Below are positions 32,352 to 44,674 of a stretch of 64,000 bases of DNA, one piece after another; the stretch's first letter is position 1, and every line of letters starts with the position of its first letter. Origin of the DNA: an uncultured Planctomycetota bacterium (GTDB lineage Bacteria; Planctomycetota; Planctomycetia; Pirellulales; Lacipirellulaceae); the NCBI GenBank assembly GCA_963719315.1, contig CAVRBU010000002.1, forward strand, positions 768,001 through 832,000, in the 5' to 3' direction. The position numbers were made by a program, and so were the translations under genes. Under the pieces are notes generated by a model, which ran no database searches, was not told the DNA's origin, and saw nothing but the letters and a program-made list of their open reading frames with translations.

Positions 32352-32879
32352 GGGCGGCGCGCGAGTTCAGTCGGCCGCCCTCACGGCAACGGCAGCGTGG
32401 GAGGCGTCCTTCTCCGGATTATCTCGCAAGGAACTCTACGGAATTATAGGTGGCGACGGAAAACCCAACAACCAGCGGTGTGGGCGAAGTGTAGTGAATC
32501 CGCTCACTTTTCCGCATCGGCAATTCACGCGGGTGCGGTTGAAGAGTGCTGGCGGTTTGGGGTTTTTTCCGGTTCCGCGGCCGGCCGATGCCGGCATCTT
32601 CGGCAAATCTGGAGGCCTTTCCGAATTGGTACGCTTGACAATTCGCAGGAAGGACAGGGCGAACATGGGGAGCCCTTATCGATTCGCCGTTCAGAGAGCG
32701 CACAACCTGTTCAACTCGGCCAATCGGTACGGTGGGAAGTTGCCCCGGTGATGGATGGAACTACAGCAGTCAATTTTTTGCCGTCGCGTGCGACCTACAC
32801 TTTATGAGTGATTGGAATATGCGGGCAATTGTCGGCCGGGCAATCGGCTTCGGCCCCATCAAGATGAGGTTCGTCGATC

Positions 32880-33743
32880 ATGAACACAACCGTCGGAGCG
32901 CGTTCCATGAATGTCAACCAACCAAGGCGCCAACAGCGCGCCGGCCTCACGGTACTGGAATTCGCGGGCTGCTTGATCGCCGTGGTGGGCGGCGCGTGGC
33001 TAGGGGCAATCTACCTGGGTATCGACGTCCACAACGTTGCCTACGCGGCGCTCGCCGGATCGCAACTGCTGGAAAAGATGCCGGAGAGCCTGCGACCGGA
33101 AGCTCCGCAGGACAAGGCCATGACGCGTGAGCAACTCGTCAGCACGTTGCGCGAAGAGCTTGGGTCGCTGCATACCGAAATCTCTGCCCTGCGCGATGGC
33201 AAAAGCTCGAGCGGGGGAGGCGAATCGAAAGCTTTGAAATCCGAAGCGGCATCGCTGTTGCCGACGAAGGAACGAACGCTAGCCTATTGGTCGCGGCTCA
33301 ATGAAATCGCGCTGGGCGAGGCAGCCTTGCAACAGGACGCCGAGTCGGCCTTCAATCCCGATAAAGCTGCCAGGGTGTACGCCATCAAGGGGCGAATCAG
33401 TCGCTTCGCCGCGAAGTCGGTCGAGGCCGTGCCGACGGCGGCCGTCGATGAGTCGACCGTTCGATTCGGGCGCGAACTTGGATTGTGGTACGATCGCGGC
33501 GGCGAGCTTTACGAAAAGGCCGTGCAAATTTGGGAAACGCCGATCGGCCCGGATGCCCGCGCGAAGCTCAATGAGGAGTGGGCTCAGAATAACCAGCAAC
33601 ATCGCAACGAAGCCAAGTTGTTAAACGAAAAGGCGTCTCGAGTGCGCGGATCGGTAAGTCGCATTTATGGCGAGGAATTTCCCGAGTTCGCCAAGCCGGC
33701 CAAGCCGGTGGAAAAAGCCAAGGCCGGAACCGATGCGGCATAA
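32880..33743 (+). CDS. hypothetical protein with prepilin-like N-terminus
   Basis: RRQQRAG|LTVLEFAG followed by a hydrophobic helix. Confidence 0.65.
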   Translation: MNTTVGARSMNVNQPRRQQRAGLTVLEFAGCLIAVVGGAWLGAIYLGIDVHNVAYAALAGSQLLEKMPESLRPEAPQDKAMTREQLVSTLREELGSLHTEISALRDGKSSSGGGESKALKSEAASLLPTKERTLAYWSRLNEIALGEAALQQDAESAFNPDKAARVYAIKGRISRFAAKSVEAVPTAAVDESTVRFGRELGLWYDRGGELYEKAVQIWETPIGPDARAKLNEEWAQNNQQHRNEAKLLNEKASRVRGSVSRIYGEEFPEFAKPAKPVEKAKAGTDAA

Positions 33744-33884
33744 CGTCGCGCGGGAAAATGGCCGGAATTCGCCGAAACTAGCGGGTTTGTTTGATTTTAG
33801 AGGGCCGTGCAATTACCATGAATAGCTTGCAGCCGGTCGTTCGTGGCCGGTCAGCACGGGTTATTTGATACTGGAGAATTGGCT

Positions 33885-34985
33885 ATGCGAAAGACACTGC
33901 AATCGTGGCTCGTTGGATTCTGCGTAGTAACGATGACGGTTAACCCGGCTCTGGCCTGCCATTCGTGCGGCGGAGGCTGGGGCGGCGGCTATTACTACAG
34001 TGGCCCTGTGTATTATGGTTACGCTCCCGCCTACGGCGGATGTTGTGGTGGTTGCTACGGCTGCGGTTACGAAGTGGTCGTCAGCAGCGATTGCTGCGGC
34101 GGATGCAGTTCGTGCGGCACGGTGGTGAATGAAGGCGCGCCCGTTGAAACACTGCATCAGCCGACGCAGGCCGCGCCATCTGAACCCGCTCGGCCGATGA
34201 ATAATGTGCCCGCGATGCCGGCTCAGCCGGCGGAGCCCGCCCACGTCGAACGCCCCGTCGAGAACACGCCGGCTCCGAGTCTGCCGGCCAACCCGCCGCA
34301 GACGCCGCCGATCGGACTACCGCCGCTCCCCGATGCGGAGAACGCGCCGCTGACGCCTCCGCCGTCAGACGACTTGTTTAACACGCCATCGCCGGCACCG
34401 GCCACGCCGCCTGCTCCGGCCGCCGAAGCGCCGGCAGCGACTCCTCCGCAGGCGACTGAGCCAGCCAATGATTTGTTCGGCCCACCGCCAGCTGCAGCGC
34501 CGGCCGAGAAGGCTGCCACGCCGCCTGCGGCAACTCCGCCAGCTACGCCACAGGCCACGCCGCCGGCATCGACCGATGACTTGTTCGGACCGAGCCCAGA
34601 AAAGCCGGCCGCCCCTGCCGAAAAGGCCGCACCGCCAGCCGCCGCGCCGGCCGAGAAGCCAGCCGACAAGCCGGAAGAGAAAAAGAAAGCCGATGATATC
34701 TTCGGCGTTTCGCCCAACGTGCTGCATGAAGCCGGTGGCCTGGCAAGCGACGAGATGCGGACGTGGACCGATAACACGGGCACTTTCTCGTGCAGCGCTC
34801 GGCTGTTGAGCTTCCTCGACGGCCAGGTGCGACTGCTCAAAGCCAACGGGCGGACCAGCACGGTCTCGCTTTCGCGCTTGAGTGCGAACGACCTCGAGTT
34901 CGTCGAGCGCCAGGCCAGCGCCCAGCAGGGCGTTATGTTCCAGACGGCGCAATCGCTGAGCGTGATGCCGTTGATGGCAAACTAG
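33885..34985 (+). CDS. secreted Pro-rich protein with SHD1 domain
   Basis: Cys/Gly-rich N-terminus, PA-rich linker with DDLFG repeats, RTWTDNTGTFSCSARL...LSANDLEFV. Confidence 0.8.
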   Translation: MRKTLQSWLVGFCVVTMTVNPALACHSCGGGWGGGYYYSGPVYYGYAPAYGGCCGGCYGCGYEVVVSSDCCGGCSSCGTVVNEGAPVETLHQPTQAAPSEPARPMNNVPAMPAQPAEPAHVERPVENTPAPSLPANPPQTPPIGLPPLPDAENAPLTPPPSDDLFNTPSPAPATPPAPAAEAPAATPPQATEPANDLFGPPPAAAPAEKAATPPAATPPATPQATPPASTDDLFGPSPEKPAAPAEKAAPPAAAPAEKPADKPEEKKKADDIFGVSPNVLHEAGGLASDEMRTWTDNTGTFSCSARLLSFLDGQVRLLKANGRTSTVSLSRLSANDLEFVERQASAQQGVMFQTAQSLSVMPLMAN

Positions 34986-35015
34986 CGCGGCGCCAAAAGC
35001 TGAATTCGCATTATC

Positions 35016-35058
35016 AAGCCGCCTTCATTGTCTACACTGGCAATGAAGGCGGTTTTTT
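35016..35058 (+). terminator. Rho-independent terminator
   Basis: AAGCCGCCTTCATTG-loop-CAATGAAGGCGGTTTTTT. Confidence 0.75.
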
Positions 35059-35181
35059 GCCGCCCGACGCAGCGGCAGGCGGGCCGCCTGTCGCTACGGA
35101 ATGCTAGAATGCGTTGCAAACCAACTCCAGGCAGTTTTTTCGGCCGTCTGTTATAATGGACCTGGAGCAGAAGGTACGGCG

Positions 35182-36474
35182 ATGAAACACATTTTGGCGC
35201 TCATTCTGGCGATTTCTATTTCGATTTCTGCGCAGGCGGTGACGATCGATCTCGTGTCGATCGGCAATCCGGGCAACAACGGTGATATCAACGGGGGCAT
35301 TTTCGGGCAGGTGGCCACCTCCTACCAGATCGGGGTGACGGAGATCACAAACACTCAGTACGTCGAATTCCTCAACGCCAAGGCGGCGACTGATCCGTTG
35401 GGTCTTTACAACCAATTCATGGGACCGTTTAGCGACGGCGGGTTTCCCGACGGAGGCATCACGCGAAGTGGCATGGATGGAAACTACACATACACCGTGA
35501 AGGAGACAGTCCCGGCAGGCCTGCCCGATGGCAGCGACTACACGTATGGCGACAAACCGGTGAATTACGTGTCGTGGTACGATGCGATTCGGTTCGCCAA
35601 TTGGATGAACAACGGGCAAGGCTCGGGGAGTACCGAGACCGGCTCTTACACGTTATTGGGCGGCACGAAGGTGCCCTCGAATGCCGATAGCATCACTCGC
35701 AATGCCGGCGCAACCTGGTTTCTGCCAACTGAAAACGAGTGGTATAAGGCGGCCTACTATGACGGCGCGGCGGTGACGTACTTCGACTACCCAACGGGCA
35801 CCGATGCGCCACCGGACAATAACCTGCCGGCGACCGACACCGGCAATTCGGCGAACTTCCTGTCGGGTAGCCTCACAACGACGGGAGACCCTGGCTACCC
35901 GATGACGGCGGCCGGCAGCTATCTGCTCACTCAAAGTCCCTACGGCACATTCGATCAGGGCGGCAACGTGGCGGAATGGAACAAAGCGCTGGTGAGCGCG
36001 GGGAAACGAGGTCGGCGGGGCGGCGCTTGGAACACCGAGATTAGTTTCCTCTCGAGTGCGGTCCGAGACAGCTTGCTGGCCACCGCTGAGAACAACAGCA
36101 CTGGGTTTCGTTTGGCTCGGACGGCGGCCGCCGTGGGCGGCGTGCCAGGCGACTACAACGCCAATGGCATCGTGGACGCGGCCGACTACGCCGTGTGGCG
36201 CGATCATCTGAACACGCCGTTTCAGTTGCAAAACGAAGTTGCGAACACGTCGCCCGGCACGGTCGATCAGGATGACTACACCGCCTGGCGAATGCGGTTC
36301 GGGAACACGAGCGGTTCGGGAGCCGGAAACAGCGTTGAGGCCGCGGCCGTACCGGAGCCAACAGCAGCAATGCTCGTGATCTTATGGGGCATGATGGCAG
36401 CCAGCCGAGCGCGTCTGCGAGAGCGCTGCGCGCGCGACTCCGTTAGTTTGCATGTCGTGTTGCTGTTTCGTTAA
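35182..36474 (+). CDS. SUMF1/FGE-sulfatase domain protein with dockerin-like and PEP-CTERM tail
   Basis: PVNYVSWYDAIRFANW, LPTENEWYKAAYY, DQGGNVAEW, GFRLA; PGDYNANGIVDAADY; VPEPT. Confidence 0.85.
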   Translation: MKHILALILAISISISAQAVTIDLVSIGNPGNNGDINGGIFGQVATSYQIGVTEITNTQYVEFLNAKAATDPLGLYNQFMGPFSDGGFPDGGITRSGMDGNYTYTVKETVPAGLPDGSDYTYGDKPVNYVSWYDAIRFANWMNNGQGSGSTETGSYTLLGGTKVPSNADSITRNAGATWFLPTENEWYKAAYYDGAAVTYFDYPTGTDAPPDNNLPATDTGNSANFLSGSLTTTGDPGYPMTAAGSYLLTQSPYGTFDQGGNVAEWNKALVSAGKRGRRGGAWNTEISFLSSAVRDSLLATAENNSTGFRLARTAAAVGGVPGDYNANGIVDAADYAVWRDHLNTPFQLQNEVANTSPGTVDQDDYTAWRMRFGNTSGSGAGNSVEAAAVPEPTAAMLVILWGMMAASRARLRERCARDSVSLHVVLLFR

Positions 36475-36613
36475 CGCTTTTCGCGCGAGATTGCTGGCTT
36501 GTCTTGCTTTGATTTTCGGCTCAGTGGGCGATCCATTCGTCGCACCCGCGACCCAACCAAATCGCCCGGTAAAACCGGGCGGCAGGAGTGTAATCTATTT
36601 CGCGAGAGCGCGC

Positions 36614-37174
36614 TCAGGCACGGCGACGACGAACGAGCAGCGTACTCCCGATAGCGCCAACGAGCATGATCGCCAGTGAGGCAGGCTCAGGAATATCCGC
36701 TCCCAAATCGGAAAAAACCAATATTTGCGGTAACAATATGGTAGGTGGAGCGTCAAATAAGTGTTCGACCCTCTGGAAAGTCCCGTCTTCGGTGAGCACG
36801 GCGACTGGAGCAGCGGGAAGATCCGGAAATAACGGCCCCAGTGGATCCGATTCAAAGTACAGGAACTGGTTTCTGACGGACAGGCGATCGCTTTGTTGTC
36901 CGTTTGGTTCAACGAACAATATCCATTGGTTTGCAAGATCAAGTGGCCCGAAGAACGCGGCCAGAAACGGCTCGTCAGGCGTCGCCTCTGGCACGATAAA
37001 ATCCGGAAGCGGCAGAGCTCCGGGCGGAATAATCCGTATGATGTCGCTTTCCGTTTGTTGCGGTTGCGCGACGGACACCGCGCCGAAGCACAAGAGAACG
37101 ATGGCTGCCAGAGCCAATTGCATAGCCCGCGCCGCGCCAAGTGCAAACGCGGCAGACGCAACGAGTCTTTTCAT
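36614..37174 (-). CDS. PEP-CTERM secreted protein
   Basis: Signal peptide; IPEPASLAIMLVGAIGSTLLVRRRRA. Confidence 0.8.
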   Translation of the reverse strand: MKRLVASAAFALGAARAMQLALAAIVLLCFGAVSVAQPQQTESDIIRIIPPGALPLPDFIVPEATPDEPFLAAFFGPLDLANQWILFVEPNGQQSDRLSVRNQFLYFESDPLGPLFPDLPAAPVAVLTEDGTFQRVEHLFDAPPTILLPQILVFSDLGADIPEPASLAIMLVGAIGSTLLVRRRRA

Positions 37175-37633
37175 GAGCTGACCCTTTCTCAAAAGAAGTG
37201 ACTATCAAGAACTATCGCCAAAATCTGGCGACACATCTCCAACCGAAGGGAACCACCCGTTTCATTTATCCACCCATTGCCCGAACGTGAGCCACAGGTG
37301 CGCGGGCATCCTACCTGAGGGGGAGCCGCAAAGTCAACTTTTTTCTCCATGAATTATTTGCGATAGGCTCGAGAGGCAGGCGGAAACTCACCCGCTCACC
37401 AAAATCTCCACGGGAATTGCCCCAGATGGGGGACGATTGTCGGGCGGATTTGGCCGGCCGGCCGCAGGGTCGGGCGTGCGACCAGCGTGCTCGCGGTTTT
37501 GTACGCGGGGTTCTTTGGCGCTGGTGGGTTGCGACGCCGTTCTACTGGTCTCTGAAGCGACCAGTCCGTCGGGGTGCTGAAGTGACCGGTTCGTCGGGGA
37601 TGGCGAACTGGACCAGTCCGGTCGGAGAATGGG

Positions 37634-39127
37634 TTAGGTGAGTTTGGCTGCGATTCGCTCGGCAGCGGATTGACCGCTGGCGATGCATTGGGGGATGCCG
37701 ACGCCGCGATAGGCATTTCCGGCCAGGGCGAAATAGGAGTGTCTTTCGGCCAATCGCTCGATCCGATTCACGCGGATCAGGTGGCCGACGTGATATTGCG
37801 GCATCGAGCGCGGCCAGCGCGCGACATCCGCGAGCAGAGGCTCTCCGGAAATCTGCAACAACTCGGCAAGTTCTTCCCTGGCGATGCGTGTGAGTTCCCT
37901 GTCCGGCAAATCCAGCAATTCAGGTTGAACGGCGCCCCCGATAAAGGCGCGGATGAGAATATGGTCCATCGGTGCACGACTGGGGAACTTCAGGCTGGCG
38001 AAACTGCCGGCAATGATCCGGCGACCTTCGCTTTGCGGAACGACAAAGCCAAAGCCATCGAGTTCGTGACCAATCTGGCTTCGCGCAAAACCTAGACTGA
38101 CCACTGCGCAGCCGGCGTAATCGATCGCGGCAAGGTCGGCCGCAAGGTCGGCATCGCAACGTTCCAACAAGCGCGCGGCGGCGTGGGCTGGGAGCGCGAG
38201 GATGACGGCGTCAAAGGTGGAGTGGGGAGTGGGGAGTGGGGAGTGGGGAACTTCGGAAGCTGGGTGATATTCGACCTGCCAATGATCGTCCACGAAGCGG
38301 ATTTCCGACACGAGTGTGTTTAGGTGGACTTTCGTTCGTGACAAGCGGTTTGTGAGTGCGTTGATCAGGCTCATCATTCCGTGTTGAGGCGCGACGAATA
38401 GGCCGTAGCGGGCGCCGCTGGCGCCCTCACCACGGCCCTCTCCCGGTGGGAGAGGGAATCGGAGCGTGGCGCGGAGGAGGCTGCCGGTGGTGCGTTCGTA
38501 GTCGAGGAATTGTGGCATGGTGGCGGCCATGCTGAGCCGCTCGGGATCGGCCGTGTAAATGCCAGCGACGAGCGGCTGCACGAGACGCTCAAAAACTTCG
38601 CGGCCGAGGCGGCGGCGGGCGAACGAGGCGACGCTTTCGTCGCCCTCACCCTGCCCTCTCCCGGAGGGAGAGGATTTCGCGCGGGGAATAAATGGTTCAA
38701 TCAACAGTCGGAGTTTGCCGGCGAGGCTAAGCGCGGGCGACGTCAGCAGCGGCCAGAGCTTGCGCGGCGACATCAAATAGAAGCCTTCTGGAATTGGCAC
38801 GAGTTGTCCTTCGCGAACGACGAACGCGCGGCGGCGGGATTCGTCGGTCGTGAGCAAGTCGTCGGCCAGCCCTAGCTGCCGGCACAGATCGACACCGGCG
38901 GGCGGTTTCACCAAGAAATTGTCGGCCGATTGCTCGATAAGGAAGCCGTTTCGCTCGACCGTGTGCAGCACGCCGCCGAGCCGCTCTGCGGCCTCGAACA
39001 ATTCGAGCTCGGCCTGGGGCAATAGTTCGGCGAGCCGATGCGCGGCCGCCAGCCCGCTGATGCCGCCGCCGATGATGGCGATGCGGCGAGGGAGGGAGAC
39101 GGAGGGCGGAGTGGGGAAGGACGACAT
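37634..39127 (-). CDS. hemG: protoporphyrinogen/coproporphyrinogen oxidase (HemY type)
   Basis: IAIIGGGISGLAAA, GFGFVVP, PQYHVGH, GVGIPQCI. Confidence 0.9.
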   Translation of the reverse strand: MSSFPTPPSVSLPRRIAIIGGGISGLAAAHRLAELLPQAELELFEAAERLGGVLHTVERNGFLIEQSADNFLVKPPAGVDLCRQLGLADDLLTTDESRRRAFVVREGQLVPIPEGFYLMSPRKLWPLLTSPALSLAGKLRLLIEPFIPRAKSSPSGRGQGEGDESVASFARRRLGREVFERLVQPLVAGIYTADPERLSMAATMPQFLDYERTTGSLLRATLRFPLPPGEGRGEGASGARYGLFVAPQHGMMSLINALTNRLSRTKVHLNTLVSEIRFVDDHWQVEYHPASEVPHSPLPTPHSTFDAVILALPAHAAARLLERCDADLAADLAAIDYAGCAVVSLGFARSQIGHELDGFGFVVPQSEGRRIIAGSFASLKFPSRAPMDHILIRAFIGGAVQPELLDLPDRELTRIAREELAELLQISGEPLLADVARWPRSMPQYHVGHLIRVNRIERLAERHSYFALAGNAYRGVGIPQCIASGQSAAERIAAKLT

Positions 39128-39188
39128 GATAAATATCCTGGCAGTTCCTTCCGCCTTCCGCACTCCCCCTTCCCCCTGCGCCATCACG

Positions 39189-40163
39189 CTACCAAATGTG
39201 GCGGCTGGGGTTCCAGGGCCAGTAGGAGCGCGGATCAGCGCCGAAACGCCACTCGAGCGCGAACGTGAGCGTCAAATCGTGTTGCGTGGCGACGCCGTCG
39301 TTGCCCAGTCCGATCTGGTCGGTGAATTCGGCCCGCGCGGCCAGCCAACGGCGGACCGGATACTTAATGCCCAAGCCGACGGGGAATGTCCACAAGGTCT
39401 CGTCACGGCGGTGGCCGGCGTCGGTTGGATAGTCGATCTCCATACCACCTAGGCCGCAGCGCCAGTAGGGCCGGAACATCGAATCGCCCCACGGATAGTA
39501 CATCACGTTTGCAGTCCAAACCATCAGCCGATCGCCGCGGTCGGCATCGCGAGCGTTTTCGTTGATCAATTCGGGCGTCGCGCGTTGGACGGCAAGCTCG
39601 GCGCCCCAATAGTAATCGAAATCGCAACCACCATAGATGCCGCCGTACATATCGATATCGCGCGTGACATCATTCTGAGGCGGCTGCGTGATCCAAACCG
39701 TGCCGAGATCGACGCCGACATAGTAAGGCCGATTGAGCCAGCTCGTGCCGATCAGCGGCACGCCCATGCCGGCGTTGCGGCCATCGTTTGATGAATGGCG
39801 CAGGCCGAGCCACTTTAGTTTGCTGAAAAACGATTCGCTCGGAGTCGCGCCGGGAGAAGCCACGTCGAACTCTGCTTCTGAGGAATACTCTTCCAACGAA
39901 GCCGGAGGCTGTTGGAAAGGTTGCCGGATTTCGCTTTCTGGAGGCGCGTCGACCAGAAAGAGCTCGGGCGATGAGTTGGACTGTTCGAGGGCGGGCGAGT
40001 CGGCGTTTGGAAGATCGGGACCGCTCTGAGGACCGGCGGATAATAGCTTGATTGTAGAGGGCCGTTCTTGCGGAGACAGCGGCGCAGCGGCGAGCGACTG
40101 CAGCGCGCACGCGCCTACGGACGCCGAGAGCAGGAGCGCAATGAGAATCGAACGGCGCAGCAA
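39189..40163 (-). CDS. outer membrane beta-barrel protein
   Basis: Signal peptide; alternating beta-strands; YYPWGDSMFRPYW...LEWRFG. Confidence 0.7.
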   Translation of the reverse strand: MLRRSILIALLLSASVGACALQSLAAAPLSPQERPSTIKLLSAGPQSGPDLPNADSPALEQSNSSPELFLVDAPPESEIRQPFQQPPASLEEYSSEAEFDVASPGATPSESFFSKLKWLGLRHSSNDGRNAGMGVPLIGTSWLNRPYYVGVDLGTVWITQPPQNDVTRDIDMYGGIYGGCDFDYYWGAELAVQRATPELINENARDADRGDRLMVWTANVMYYPWGDSMFRPYWRCGLGGMEIDYPTDAGHRRDETLWTFPVGLGIKYPVRRWLAARAEFTDQIGLGNDGVATQHDLTLTFALEWRFGADPRSYWPWNPSRHIW

Positions 40164-40314
40164 ATCCGTGACCTTCCCGCAAGGCGCGCGAGGGCGCGAT
40201 CATTACCGATAAGATCGAGAGAGGAGGAGGCGAATTATTCCGGGCTTTTTGGCAAGCGTCAACCTGTCTTGCAGGACGCAAGCAGATTCGCAACGTGAGG
40301 GCCGCAAGGTGTAC

Positions 40315-41532
<1,218 letters not shown>

Positions 41533-41910
41533 TGAACCCGACCCCCTGTATGTCGGACTGGGCGTTCCGACTCGAAATATTTATTGGTAGTATGGCGTCG
41601 CAAAAGAGCGCGGCGTACTACTTCCCATCGGCTCAATTATAGGATGTAAATGCGACAGATTGCGAGCACAAGTTGCAAAGATTGCGATGCGGGAGTAGAT
41701 CGCAATTGGACATCCGGTCGAGCAATGCCGGTTCAACGGTAGACGGGGACTGGGATAGAATGTGATAGCGGTTGGACAGAGGTTTTCGTGGCCGCAAAAC
41801 TGGAATGCGCGGTCGGGTCGGCATCGTTTCGTCGGAAAGCGCAAAGACTGAACCAGACGGACACCGTATAATCGATACAATTAGCGCACCTTTTTAATCC
41901 GGTTCGGCAC

Positions 41911-43683
<1,773 letters not shown>

Positions 43684-43810
43684 TTGGGGGATGTGAAAGG
43701 GGGCGGCGGTTATTTGAGGTGGATTCGGCCTGGCGGCCGACGCTATGGGGTACATGACGTAAATCGGCGGCCCCCTCCCCTAATCGACTTGTGACATTTA
43801 GAATTCCAAC

Positions 43811-44674
43811 ATGGCCGAGTACGATACGGTAGCCATTGTCGGCGTGGGATTGATTGGTGGCTCGATTGGTCTGGCGCTTCGAGAGCGGAAGCTTGCGCAA
43901 AAGGTTATCGGCGTCGGCCGGCGGCAACAGAGCCTGGATGTGGCGCGGCGGGTTGGCGCGATCGACAACGGAGTGACGAATCTGGCGAATGGGGTTTCGC
44001 AGGCGCAACTCATTATCGTCGCGACGCCGGTGGATTCGATCGCTGAACGAGTGATGCAGATTTCGGCTGCCTGCCCGGCGGGCGCGTTGATTACGGACGC
44101 GGGCAGCACGAAGGAGTCGATCGTGGCGGCGGTGGATGCCGGGCTGGCAACGCGGCGGAGCGGGCCGCGGTTTGTCGGTAGCCATCCGCTGGCGGGCGAT
44201 CACCGCACGGGGCCCGAACATGCACGGGCCGATTTGTTGGAACGCCGTACCGTGGTGATCACGCCGAGCGAGCACACGCGGCCGGCCGCGGTGACGGAAG
44301 TCAGCGGTTTCTGGCAGAGTCTGGGCGCCAATGTGCGAAGCATGTCTCCCACAGAGCACGATGGAGCGCTCGCGGTCACGAGCCATTTGCCGCATGTGGC
44401 GGCGGTCGTGCTGGCGGCGGCGACACCCTGCGATTTGCTTCCCCTCACGGCAAGTGGATGGCGCGATACGACGCGCGTGGCCGGCGGCGATCCGGCGATG
44501 TGGCAGGCGATCCTCACAGCCAACCGGCAGCACGTGCTCGATGCGATCGATCTCATGGGCCAGACGTTCACGGCGCTGCGCGAGAGTTTGGAACAAGGCG
44601 ACAACGAGAGCCTGATCTCGATTCTGGAGACGGCCGCAAAAAAGAAACGGGATCGAGATGCTCTGGGAGATTGA
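43811..44674 (+). CDS. tyrA: prephenate dehydrogenase
   Basis: GVGLIGGSI, DAGSTK, GSHPLAG, TSHLPH, RDTTRVAG. Confidence 0.9.
   Translation: MAEYDTVAIVGVGLIGGSIGLALRERKLAQKVIGVGRRQQSLDVARRVGAIDNGVTNLANGVSQAQLIIVATPVDSIAERVMQISAACPAGALITDAGSTKESIVAAVDAGLATRRSGPRFVGSHPLAGDHRTGPEHARADLLERRTVVITPSEHTRPAAVTEVSGFWQSLGANVRSMSPTEHDGALAVTSHLPHVAAVVLAAATPCDLLPLTASGWRDTTRVAGGDPAMWQAILTANRQHVLDAIDLMGQTFTALRESLEQGDNESLISILETAAKKKRDRDALGD

Noticed and set aside
34200..34700. Repetitive GC-rich tract
   Set aside because: Explained by the Pro/Ala linker of the SHD1 protein; periodicity is codon-based.
35182..36474. Diversity-generating retroelement (FGE/CLec-fold target plus Avd-like four-helix protein)
   Set aside because: No reverse transcriptase and no template repeat matching the FGE 3' region were seen in the window; the two genes are 9 kb apart.
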